Made by a program: the position numbers and the translations under genes. Positions 28,001 to 40,000 of a stretch of 64,000 nt of DNA are shown here, piece by piece (the stretch's first letter is position 1; each line of letters begins with the position of its first letter). The stretch comes from Octopus sinensis. Lineage: Eukaryota. Under the pieces are notes generated by a model that did not search any database, was not told the DNA's origin, and worked only from the letters and a program-made list of their open reading frames with translations. The DNA lies in contig NC_042997.1 of NCBI RefSeq assembly GCF_006345805.1, positions 164,362,001 to 164,426,000 of the forward strand, written 5' to 3'.

Positions 28001-31000
28001 ATTGGGTTTTGCTGTTCTACTTCCTACTTCAAGTTCTTTACCTTTTAGTCTGAATCCAGAACATTACTTTGTGTATAATTACTGTAATAAAATAGATAAT
28101 GTTCCTAGCTTGCTCATCCGATATCCTTTATTGTTAACTTGTGTTCCCTAGATAATTTTAAACAATTTGATACTTTCCCATAATTTCAATGTGAGTGTAA
28201 AAAATGTAAAAATTTGGGTTAAAAATTGAAATAATATTTTATTTCCTTTCATTTTAGATTCGGGTTGATAGTTTCGACTACATTGGTGTTGGTAATTCAA
28301 CAAACAAAAAAGATTCCCAAGCAAATGCTGCTAGGGATTTTGTCCAGTTCTTAGTTCGGCAGGGACAGGTCCAACAATCAGAAGTGCCTACTGTAAGTAC
28401 ATATCTGGTCTTCAGTCTTTTAGAAAACTTTAAAAAAAGTTGTTTTTTAATTAACAATATTTGCATCTTAGATATGTCAAGTTTACATTAATATTCTATT
28501 ATTGTTAGCATTCTTAGAGATGTAGTGTATCTTCACAATTCATTAGGTTGTTTACTATATATATAATGTCCATCTTCCATGCAAGCATGAATAGGACTGT
28601 TGACAGGAGCTGGCCAGGTAGATGACTACCTTAGGCTACTGTGTCTGTTTTGCAGAGTTTTTGTTGCTGGATGCCCTTCCTAACACCAACCACTCTACTG
28701 AGTGGACCGAGTGTTTTTATGTGGCACCAATGTGTTTATATATAATAATAAATTAATGTTGATTAACATTTAAGAATTTTCACTGCAAGATCTTCATGTC
28801 AACTTCAGAATAGCTTTTAAATAGTTCTGTTTCGCCTGGCACCAGTGCAGGTGGCACGTAAAAAGCACCCACTACACTCATGGAGTGGTTGGCGTTAGGA
28901 AGGGCATCCAGCTGTAGAAACATTGCCAGATGAGACCGGAGCCTGGTGCAGCCTTCTGGCTTCCCAGATCCCCGGTCGAACCGTCCAACCTATGCTAGCA
29001 TGGAGAACGGACGTTAAACGATGATGATGATGATAATATATGAAGAAGCTGTTGACAGAAATATAATATGCATTGCTATTTTGTATTTCACCTCTTCAAA
29101 ATTGCTATTGTATGATAAATTAATAACTATGTGCATTATTAATGATATAAACTAGAAGACATTTAAAAATAAAATTTTAGCTAAGACCATGAATCACAAA
29201 TAATATGTAATGGTAAAGTACAATTTTATCAATTCCCTTTTGTATTCTTTTATCTTTCAGTTAACTGTTGGCATGGGTGCTGGGACAGCAGAAACTGTGT
29301 CTGGAAATGACACACCTGCAGATGATATGACTGATTCTGGAATATCTTCTGGTGGCTGTAAGTTAATTCTTTCTATACATTTCGATTTTAGAAAAAAACA
29401 GTTTGTTAATGAAGAATTTACTTTAAACAAATATCTTCTTTCTTGATAGCTTTCCCTGGATTAGACGCTAACAGAGACATTCCTGCTTATCAAAGGGGCC
29501 CACCAATGAGTTATTTGGACCGACTTGCAGAAAAAAGGAAATTGGAAGAAGTAATTATTTTTTTATCATTTTTCTTGATTTTTGCTGTCAGTGTCTACAT
29601 TAATTTACCATATTTAGTTGAAGTATTGAGTGTGAAGTGGTGGTGGTGGACTTGTTTCATAATTGTTCTCTGTTAAGTTTAGGGCAAGTGGAAACATTTT
29701 TTTTAGTTAAGAAGTTTAAATTTGCGACTACATAGTGCCAGGTTCAATCCCTTATGCTGTATCTTGTACAAATGCCTTCTACCATAGCCTTGGGCTGATC
29801 AATCCTTGTGAGTGAAATTTGGTAGATGGAAACTGGAAATAAATCTGAAGGATAAATCATGCTAGTACCACTGTCTGACCCTTGGGCGTCTTTAGCAGGT
29901 TTGATTGTTTTAAGAATTCAGCACAGTCAGCATTGGTAGCCCTAAAAAAGCTTAGGGTTTTATCCTACCTTCTCTGACCAAACCTACAAAAAACAAAAAC
30001 AAAAAAAAAGATGCAAATGTTGTGTGAGCTTTGTTTCCTTTTGTATTTGAATAAAATGGAAGACAAAGATCATATTCATATCAATATAATTTGAAAGTAG
30101 CTTTTAATGTGGTTATTTATTATAACTAATAGAAAATATTTCCATGTACAAGAACTTCCAATAATGTTTGGCAAAGAAGAATGGATCATTGATAGATAAC
30201 TATTTCATTTTATAGTAGTCCTGTAGCAATGAAGCAAGAACTAAATGTTTTGATATCTATTACCATATTTGTTTAAATACACTTTTGCTTCAGTTAACTC
30301 TTAGCTCTTAGTAAAAATTAAATAATTTTGCCATTATTAAAATGGGTTTTTTGTAACTTAGATTTTAACAGAATGTTTTAATTTAGATCATTTTAACCTT
30401 TTTGATACTAACCCATCTGAGATTGCCCTCTGGTTCTACATGATGCAAACTCCATGTTTAAAGTGATCTAAATTAAAAACTTTCATCAAAATGGACTGTT
30501 AATTTATGTTCCAAATACCAGCATAATAATGATAGTTATTTTTCTGTTCTCCATTAGTTTCAAAATTGAAACAAAAGCAGTGTAACAGAAATATGGAAAT
30601 GAAAGGGATAGTTTGTATCATAAAACTATAGATGATTTTTGATGGGTTGGTATGAAAAGGCTTTAAAAGCCTTTTATAAAAATTAGAATTATGATGATGA
30701 TAATGTTATTTTAGAGATGTCAGAAACTAAATATTTAGAAGGTTATATACTGACCTGACGCTAGTTGCACAAGCTGGTACTGGTTGTTATTTAGAACTAG
30801 ATTAACCCTGATCAAAGCCTTTCTAAGTTTGAATATCACTTTTTTTCCCTCTGCTCAAACATATTAACTATAGAACAATGTTGTCTAATATGTCCTTCCT
30901 GTTTTTTAAGACAGTAAAGTGAGATCGAGCAAGTTGAGCAACCATGTAAAGAATCTTTTTTTTTTTTTATTCGCTCTTAATGATATTAAGCTTAGATCGT

Positions 31001-34000
31001 TGATATTTGGAATATCTTTTTCTAAAGATGGGCACATTGCAGTTAGCTGGAATCTGTGATGGAACTAATAGATCTTTTTGCATAGAATATAGCACAAGTG
31101 AACTCGATCTCAGTTTTCGGTGACATGACACTGCTAATAATAAACCTAATTTACTTATGTTAGATATAATTTGGCTATTAGATTTCTCATTACTATTCTG
31201 ATTTTATTTCTTCAGTCAGAAGATCTTGACTTGAATGCGAGTATTCACGGCAACTGGACACTGGAAAATGCTAAAAGCAGACTCCATCAATTTCTGCAGC
31301 AAAATAAAATACAAGCTGATTATAAATATTCTATGATAGGTCCAGATCATAATCGGTAAGTTAAAATGTTGGGTATTGTTTCCTTGTGTTGAATCTCTAT
31401 TGACTCCTGAAAATTTTATTACTTTTTCATGAAATTTTGGGTTTTAAAGTTCAAAATTCTTAAACAGATTTTATTTCATGTGTAAACTACAAACTTAGTA
31501 TAACTTTTTCAACATTGGAATATATTTACGTATATTATATAGTAGTTACAAGTCATTCACTAGTATGAGTAAACAGTAAATTTAATGCTTATTTATAATA
31601 GCAGTAATTTAGTTAATTATAGTAGTTAGTCTTATATTTTTTCCATCTGATGAAAATGTAAAACAAAACAGTTGTACTTTTTTCATGTGTTCTCAATTAT
31701 ATATATACTTTTAAAAATTATTAACTTTGTTTTAATTTTCTCTCTTATAATCACCATTAGCAAATGTTAAGAAATACTAAAATAAACATAGTTTACCATC
31801 GCTACAAAATTTGCTCTAATTATGCAACTCTAATTTCTGGTTTGACTTAGAATTACATTCGTATTATTTTATTTTTAAGTTCCCATATCTCGTTTAAAAT
31901 TATTGAGGAATACTATCTTTTGCCAATAATTACTTTCTTGTCAAGATTTAAGACCAACTTTGTCAAAAAATTCTTTATATCTGCTATCTGTTGGTTTGTA
32001 GTCTATACTAGATTAATATTTAGTGTTTATTTTGTAATTAGTTAATTGGATTATTACATGATTTTTAATAGAAATAATTGTAAGATATTCCTCTGATCAT
32101 TCTTTGGAATTTTTATTGGTGGGGATTTCTTGTAATGGAACTTTTTTTTATATTTAAATAAAGTATTTTCTGTTAAATGCTTTCAATAAAGTTTGTTTCA
32201 GGAAACAATATTTATCTACAATGCTTGGGTCTGCTAAAAGAAAATGCATTATCTGCATGAAATATTTGTGAATGTTTGTGTCATTTTGTGTGTTAAGATT
32301 ATTTAAATTAAAAAAAAGTTTATGCTCGGTAAGATAATGTCTTAAGGTACTGGTAATTCTCTAGTTAACTATTTGACTTGTAATTTTAATCAGATTATTT
32401 AGATATAGTTACTGAAAAACACTATATTTCATTTAGAAATTTTATTCTTGGCTTTTTTTTTTTAACTCAATAGCAACTTAATACTTCTGGTGCAATTGAC
32501 TTGCTGTTGATGTTTGTTTAATCTGTTTATTATATATTTTGTAACAAATTATATTTGTAGTTTTAAAAAGTAAGGCCTAAAACTTAGTTTCTAAAAATAG
32601 TGATTAAATTATAATAATTGAATGAATTTAAAAAGAAAAATCTTTTGATCAAGGATTCTTTATTTGAAAGATTGAAAGTTCAGTTTTTTAAAACAATTTT
32701 TCAAAGCTTAGACTAATTAAAGTTTTCTTTTTTAATTGCTTAAATTTGCAAAATATTTCACCATTAGTCAATTTTGCTTTACAGCTTAAGTAAACAGTTA
32801 TGAAAAACTGAAAACAAAACAATTTAATGTTCTACATGTTTGTATAGGGGGTTGGCATAGGTGTAAAGGAATAGAAAGAGAAAATTTTAAAGAACTGTTT
32901 TGTGACTACCAACAAGAAGTGGTTCCACTGAATCAATGTATCAACACTAGTTTCAAATGTGTATAGAGTCTTGCACATATAGATTGTCCTATCTACTTTT
33001 CAAATAATGTAAGCAGTTCTGATGAATTTGAATGTAATTATTTTCTCTTGTAAAGACATCCCTAAACTAATACATAACAGTCTTTATGTTTATCTTTTAC
33101 TCATATTCTATTAGTCTCCTTTATTTTGGTCATCACTAGCAACTACCTTCACACATTTGTGTTAATACTACATCTTGAATAAAATTAACTTGGTGTTTTT
33201 TTGTTATTTTCTAAGACAGGAGTGTTATAATTATAGAATATTAAATTATCACTACTGTAAAAGTAGTGTTAATTTTATGTTCTTTTATATTTGTAAATCA
33301 GTGTTAAATTCTCTTGTTCCAGTAGACTCCTTGTTAAACCTTAAATTGATATTACATCCTAGTAACTCAGATGTTTGTATTTTTTAAAGATTTTTTACAT
33401 TGTTGTTGTTGTTTGTTCAACTGGTTTAATTGGCTTGTTTCAATACATGCTTTTTTTAATACTATAAATGAATAGATTTAGATTATTTATTCTCTAGCTG
33501 TTTGGTAGGTTACAACATCTCTACCTTTGGTAAGAAGCATGTCTAATTGTTGTTAGTGATGCTGTTAGTTTTGCTGTTTACACCTTGGTGCTGCTGTGCT
33601 GTCTGACCTGATATTTGCTAGACAACGCCTGCTTGCGTGGCTTTTTTCTATTAAAATGTAATAGAACTGAAATGACTACAGCTGCAAATAGCTAAAATGT
33701 AATTCGTCAGATTTACTGTTTGTTATACTCCTCTTTATTCATGTTGATAATAAACCAATATGAAGCATTTAATTTATTAAATATATAGAATATACAAGTG
33801 AAAGTTTGTATATTGATAGGAATAGTAGGCTTTCTGACATTTTCTCAAAATTCTTCTGGCTTTCAGTGTTGCTATAATTTCTATAATTTAACGGGTTTAA
33901 TAATGTAAGAAAGAAAGGTATTTTATTCTATTTATTCTATATAATTCAGTATTAACTTTCATTATTTAATAAGATTACAATCATGATTTGCCAGAATGAT

Positions 34001-37000
34001 GGATCAGTGGACTAGCTTTCTTGGTAGGTGATACTTTAAAGCATTTGGGGTATAATAATGGGTAAAATGTTTTTATTTAATGATGTAATAAATGTTAATT
34101 GTAATTTAAGTTGGTAATTTACATATGATATGGAATAGTCAAGCCAGTTACTGGTATTGTAATGTAAAATCAAAATAGGAATATTTTTTCATAAAGATAC
34201 ATTCTCAATTAATGTTAATATGAAAGAAAACATATTGTGTTGATGTAAAATTAGGATAAGAATGTGTTGCAATTTCTGGAATTAATGTTGACTAAGGACT
34301 ATATTTCAGTACTTTTGTCACATATAATTGAAACTTTATTACTACTTTAGAAAAAAAATTATACCAAATATAACTATGAAAGCAAGAAAAAATTTTTGAA
34401 ATGTCAAAAAGGAATTCATTCTGTGTAATATGAGCTTCCATAGATAGATGACATAGTGTAATTATTTCACTCATTAAAGCTAAGTGTTGTGTTTTTGCAA
34501 ATCAAGGAAAGTAATTTATTTATTAGCAAAATTTAGGAGACCTCATGAGAATTAGATCATGGAAATATGTTCAGTTTTCATTCTTGATCTTCAGAAACTA
34601 ATTCTGTTTAGAAGATGTCCATGTTCAGTATGAGTGGGGAATAGATGGTAGCAAGGCAATATTTTGCATGTTGTGCATCTTGAATGTTTGAGTAAATGAA
34701 TTCAGTTATTTTTGTAGTAAAAGTCCAAGTAAAACCAGAAATCTAATTCAAGGCTTAAGTTAATAAAAAAAAAAGACTATCTTCATTCAAATGTTAAGTT
34801 ACATAACCTTTGCATGCTGGAAGTATTTTGTTGTAAAAGAATGAAAATTCAGGACTTTCAGCAAGTGAAGAATAAGAAGAAACATAAATATATATTTATA
34901 TACACACAGGTTGTTTTAATCTTAAAACAGCTATTGGTTCTATAAAGTAAAACTGCCAATGTTAGCATGTTCACATTTAATTTAATACCTTTCACCATAA
35001 TCTTATATGAGCTTTGCTTCATGGTGAAAACTTATTTTATTTAATTACTAAAAATTCCTGATTATTTTCAAATTGAAACACTTAGTGTATGTCAACAACA
35101 TAAAAGGTAATGAGAGGTAAAAAGAAGACAACTGAAAATGACTGCCTGTTCTAAATGAGAGTTTATTATACAAGTGAAAGTTGCTAAAATGGTTTACTAC
35201 TGCCTGGTTTGGTTGTGTGTCTGAGTAACTGTCTGAGAAAATAGCTAGTGTTTGATTTTAGTGGTAATTATGCTAAAGGTAAGTCATGGAATACTTGAAA
35301 TATATGGCTTAAAAAGTTTGCGTTAAGAATGGAATAAGTAGGATGTGGTTGTATGACCATTTTATAAAAGTATTAAAAATAATTGTTTCTTTTTTCTAGC
35401 TAGATCTTATTCCACAAAATGAGATTATTTGTTTTAATTTAAGGCAAACTGATTTTACATTGACTAGTTATTTTCATTTCAATTTTTAATTAAAAAAAAA
35501 AAATTAACATCAACTTCTTGCATTCAATTTGAAAACAAAAATGCTATATGGATATGTTTAACACCTATTTTTTTTTCTAATCAATTCTTTAAAAGCATAG
35601 TTTCTAATATATTTTCTTTCCCTCTCGATTCCCTCTTTCTGTGGTTCTATCAATGCAGTGAGTTTGTCTTTACAGTACTCTTAGGTTGCACAGCTACAAG
35701 TGCCTGGACTTGCAACAACAATATTTAATAATCTGTGGCACTGAAAGACTGATTTCCTTTTCAGTCGTTATGCCACTGAAACCGACGACAGTATCATTCT
35801 TATTAGGTTTGTCCCACAACATTTATCAATTTGGATTATTTAGTAATCATAGCCAAAGCTCATAAAAGTAATCTGCTGAAAATTTTATTCTGTTTTATTT
35901 TTATATGAAAATATTCTGTTTTCTATTTCTTATACTTTTCTATTTTCTATTTAGACATTTATTTTTTCTAAAATGTTATTTTTAAAAAAATGTTTATTAT
36001 ATGCTACTCTATATACCAAGAACAATATAGAAAATATGTAATTGTATATGTTTATAGACTTTAAGAAAACATGCATTCAAATCTAACTCATAATATTTGT
36101 TGCTCATAGGTGCTGTTTTATTTTTCACTATTTGTCCTAATTAAATGGTATATTTAAATATTTTCAATGTGTATTAGAAACTTAAAGGTTTTAGTAGTTT
36201 TAAAATGAGTTCATGCTATATTTAAACATAAAATTTGATCATCTTAAGGATTTTAACTCATGAAGTTTGAACAGTGCCATTAGGAAGTTTATGCTGGTTT
36301 TGCACATAAATATTGTGGTCCCACTTAATCATAGTTACAAGAATGATAATTATTTCTTTTGTCAAAATACAAGGCCATGTTTGTGCTCAATGTAATTCAT
36401 TCAATTTCTTGCCTGTATTTGTTTAACCCATAAAAATTCTAAATAGAATCAAATATTCAGGTACCAAATTACATTGGTATTGTTTCCTATCCTTCATGGG
36501 CATAAATCCTGAGATTTTTAAGAAAGGAGGAAATTAAATGTTTTAAAACATTCAAGAATTGAAATCGAGTCACAGGCTCCGCTGGCCAAAAATTTGACTA
36601 TACTCAATGATTCTGGCCAAATGATAATGACTATGATGACGTGAAAACAATGGTGCTGCTGTTTCAAAATTGCAGTGCTACCCTGTTAATAAAATTAAAG
36701 AATATATATAAAAAAGGAATTTCAAGAATTAATTATTTGAAATTCTAAATTCATTACGTTGATACGTAGTAGCTCCTCTTGATCATCTTCCTCTATATTA
36801 TTGTTTAAATGTTGGGTGTTTACTTAGTAATTGTATCTGCTTTCAATTTTTTTCTGTCATTAGTTGATTGAAAAGTTTGTGGCATATTCTGTATCATTTT
36901 TACTGGCCTTTCTGCATGAAAATAATTTCAGTTTGGTAAAGATAATCTACATTTTAGCGCAATGCCATCAGCTGAATATGTCCTGTTAATCACTTTTGAT

Positions 37001-40000
37001 AAAACACTAATATTAATCCTCATATTAGAAATTGACACATTAGATTCTATGCCCTGATTTTTTTTTGATTTTTTTACTTTGGTTAACATATCTACAGCAG
37101 ATTGTTAGAGCTTTGAGTAAAAGAAACAACCAATACATTGTCTGATACTTGTTGATAATGTTATAATTGTCTACATTTGTGTTTGTTATGTTAGTGGCAA
37201 GTATCTTTCAGATGTATTATTTTTTAAAAATAAGTATTGCATAATAAGTATAACTTATTTTTCTGTTGCTGCTAATGCCAGTTATTAACATTTCCATTTA
37301 GTAAGTAGAACATGATTATATCAGGTCTTATCATTGTAATGTTAAAACAATTGTTATATTACCTTGTAATAAATTAAGAAGACTAGGAAAGTTAAATTTC
37401 CTGTTGTTAGCTTCCTTAAAAATTGGAATACTTACAATAAAATGCCATTATATACACTTACAGATATTGGTCTTGTTGGTTGTTAAATAAAAAAATTTAA
37501 AGCTGCATCTTGGTTTCAACAGAACTTTTGCCAAGTTTGCAAAAGAAAAAAAAAACTGAAAATCAGTTGGGTAAAAATAACACTTGTCATTTAATTTTTT
37601 TTTTCATATCAGCTATTTAAAATGAGATAGCTATATTTAATGTAGATCCTTGTGAAGTTTTATGAATAAGCAGTAATAATAGAAATAAATAGCTTAATGT
37701 ATTGGTGTAATAATCATTGTTGGTTGGTAGATTTTGAAGTCTTATACTATTCTATGATGTATGAAGATGCTATCAATCTGTTATTATTGACTTGACAAAT
37801 AGATTACTCTCTTTACGAAGTGATTTCTGAAAAAGAAAAAAAACCCAAAAAACCATTATTGTATTACATGGAAGGGATTGACTTTGATAATTGGAACAGG
37901 TAATTGTCCTTTATCCAGTAATTTTTGCAAGTGTCTGTTGAAAATATTGTGTAGATTAATGCAGTACTCATACAAAGGATATGCAATTATACAAACCACA
38001 CACACATACACAAAATATGATATACAGAGCAACAGAGTTGCCTAGTTTTTCTCTATTACTGTGTGTTCCAGATGCAAAAGATCTTTTGAATGGTGAAGCA
38101 TTATGAAACTCAACCAACTTGGGAAAAATGAACATAAAATTTATGTCTGTGTGTTTGTATTTAGTTTACATATGAGCACAAAACCATGATGTTGTCTCAT
38201 AACATACTTTTCTGTAGCAACTAGACATTTTGATTAAAATTTCCTGTTTCTGCAGGTAAATAAATAATAAAAAGCTGTGGAACAATGAAAAATAGAAAAT
38301 TATCAACAAAATAAGGTGTTTAGAAGGGAAAAGAACTGAGTATGCATGGTATCCAATTTTATAAAATATTTTGTGCATACTTATTTTTATTAATCCTTTC
38401 CTTATCTTTATATTTTTAAACACCTTGTTTTGTTTGTAATTTTCTGTTTCTGCCTTGTTACTTTTATGTTATTATAGTTGATTATTAATGTGGATATGAC
38501 AACCAAAAAATGAAATTTTAATTTGGCCATTGAGTTATTGATTTCATTTGATTTGTATTTCAACTACAACTGTAAACAAAATAAATTGTTGATAACAAAT
38601 GAGTATGCATCTGAAATATTAAAGATAGTCCTATTATAGTTTGAGGTAATGATTCGAACAACACCACATTTACTTTTTTTATATATTTCATTTAAAATTA
38701 ATGTGATTACTTGAAATATTTGGTTATGGAACAAATGAAAGTAATAAGCATTCAGGTTACAAGAAATGGAGGATTTGGCAGGGCTTTTTCATTGTGCTTA
38801 ACTGAATTCCACATTTTATATTAATGTAGATCTTTCAAAATAGGATAATGCATGCAAATTCAGAGTTCTGGCAATGTAAATAAATTCAAATACTATTATA
38901 GGTATTAGCTAAAACAGGTATTAAATAGTGCTTGTTTTATTGGCTATGCATGACTAGGATGACAAGTGGTTTTACTACTTATCTTTAATGTTATCAATTT
39001 TTATAATTTTAATGTTTTCATAGCCATTTTTTTAGTTATTTATTGTGACCTTTGTTTGCTATTTGTTTAAAAGGATTTGACCTTATTTGGTATTTTCATC
39101 TCAACTAAAATAAGATTTATCTGTTGAAAATTGACAAAGAAATCTAAAAACATTAACCAAGTGAGTGGTATCACTCTCATGGTAATGGATGTTCATTTGT
39201 TAATAAGTCTGATACTGTCGTTGTTTGACCCTTGTCCTTTTACCATGCAACTTAACTTACCATCATGGCGTTTAACCCAGAAAATTTCATTGCAAGAAAC
39301 AGCTTTCTACATGAAACATTTGAAGTGTGCAGCTCTTATTCTATAACATTAAGCTGGCATTATGCATGCTGTGGTTTCCAGACATAATTTAATTTCCTTA
39401 ATGCTATTTTAAGTTTCAAAAATTTTCCTTTAATATGAAATGATTTGAGATATTATAAGAATGTCTTAAAATTTGTTCCAGTAATCACTTAATGATAAGA
39501 AATTCATAAAGTTATTTTGTATAAATTCTTTGTGTCTGGAATATGGTTTAATATCTGTTAAGTAAATCTATGAATGATGATTAAATATACTATATAGTAT
39601 ACCTTACCATTGTGTTTTCCAGACTAAAAGGAGATTGTTTTATGCTACATTATCTGTAATATCAACAGATCTGATATATTAGATCTACTTATATTAAATA
39701 TAAATCCTCTCTCTCTCTCAAAAAAAAAAAAAACTTTTTTAGTGATTTGTAAAAGGACAAAGGAATGCATATTGCAGCTTAAAAGAAAAAGTTCTGTAGA
39801 ATTTGAGGTGCATTCTTCTGAGATTTTTTTTATGTTGAGTTGATTTCTTGCCATAAAATTTAATTTTATCTTAGCCAATTTTCTTACCTATAGAAAATCT
39901 AAGATAAAAGAAAAAAAATTGTTCAATTATTTGTATGCACTAAATGCATACATAAATATTAAATATCTAAGATGGTAAAGTTGCAATTCTTCACTGATTG

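Noticed and set aside
33498-33529. Possible 32-nt micro-exon (tctctag|...TTG|GTAAGA) just upstream of element C
   Set aside because: Splice-like sites of this quality are frequent in AT-rich introns; no supporting evidence, though cheap to check in RNA-seq.
35684-35793. H/ACA snoRNA reading of element A (two hairpins, ANANNA at 35718-35723, ACA at 35788-35790)
   Set aside because: The first stem is only 6 bp, the ACA is too far from the second stem base, and the same bases form much longer duplexes with 39.2 and 40.1 kb. Not fully excluded without an Rfam/snoReport run.
36583-36680. Two small hairpins (TGGCCA..TGGCCA; TGGTGCTGC..GCAGTGCTA)
   Set aside because: Short and G-U-rich, with no box motifs or partner identified.
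35836-38962. Further nested pairing CATAGCCAA 35848-35856 : TTGGCTATG 38940-38948
   Set aside because: Only 9 bp, with a nearby local competitor CATAGCCA at 39019-39026; compatible with the model but not distinguishable from chance.
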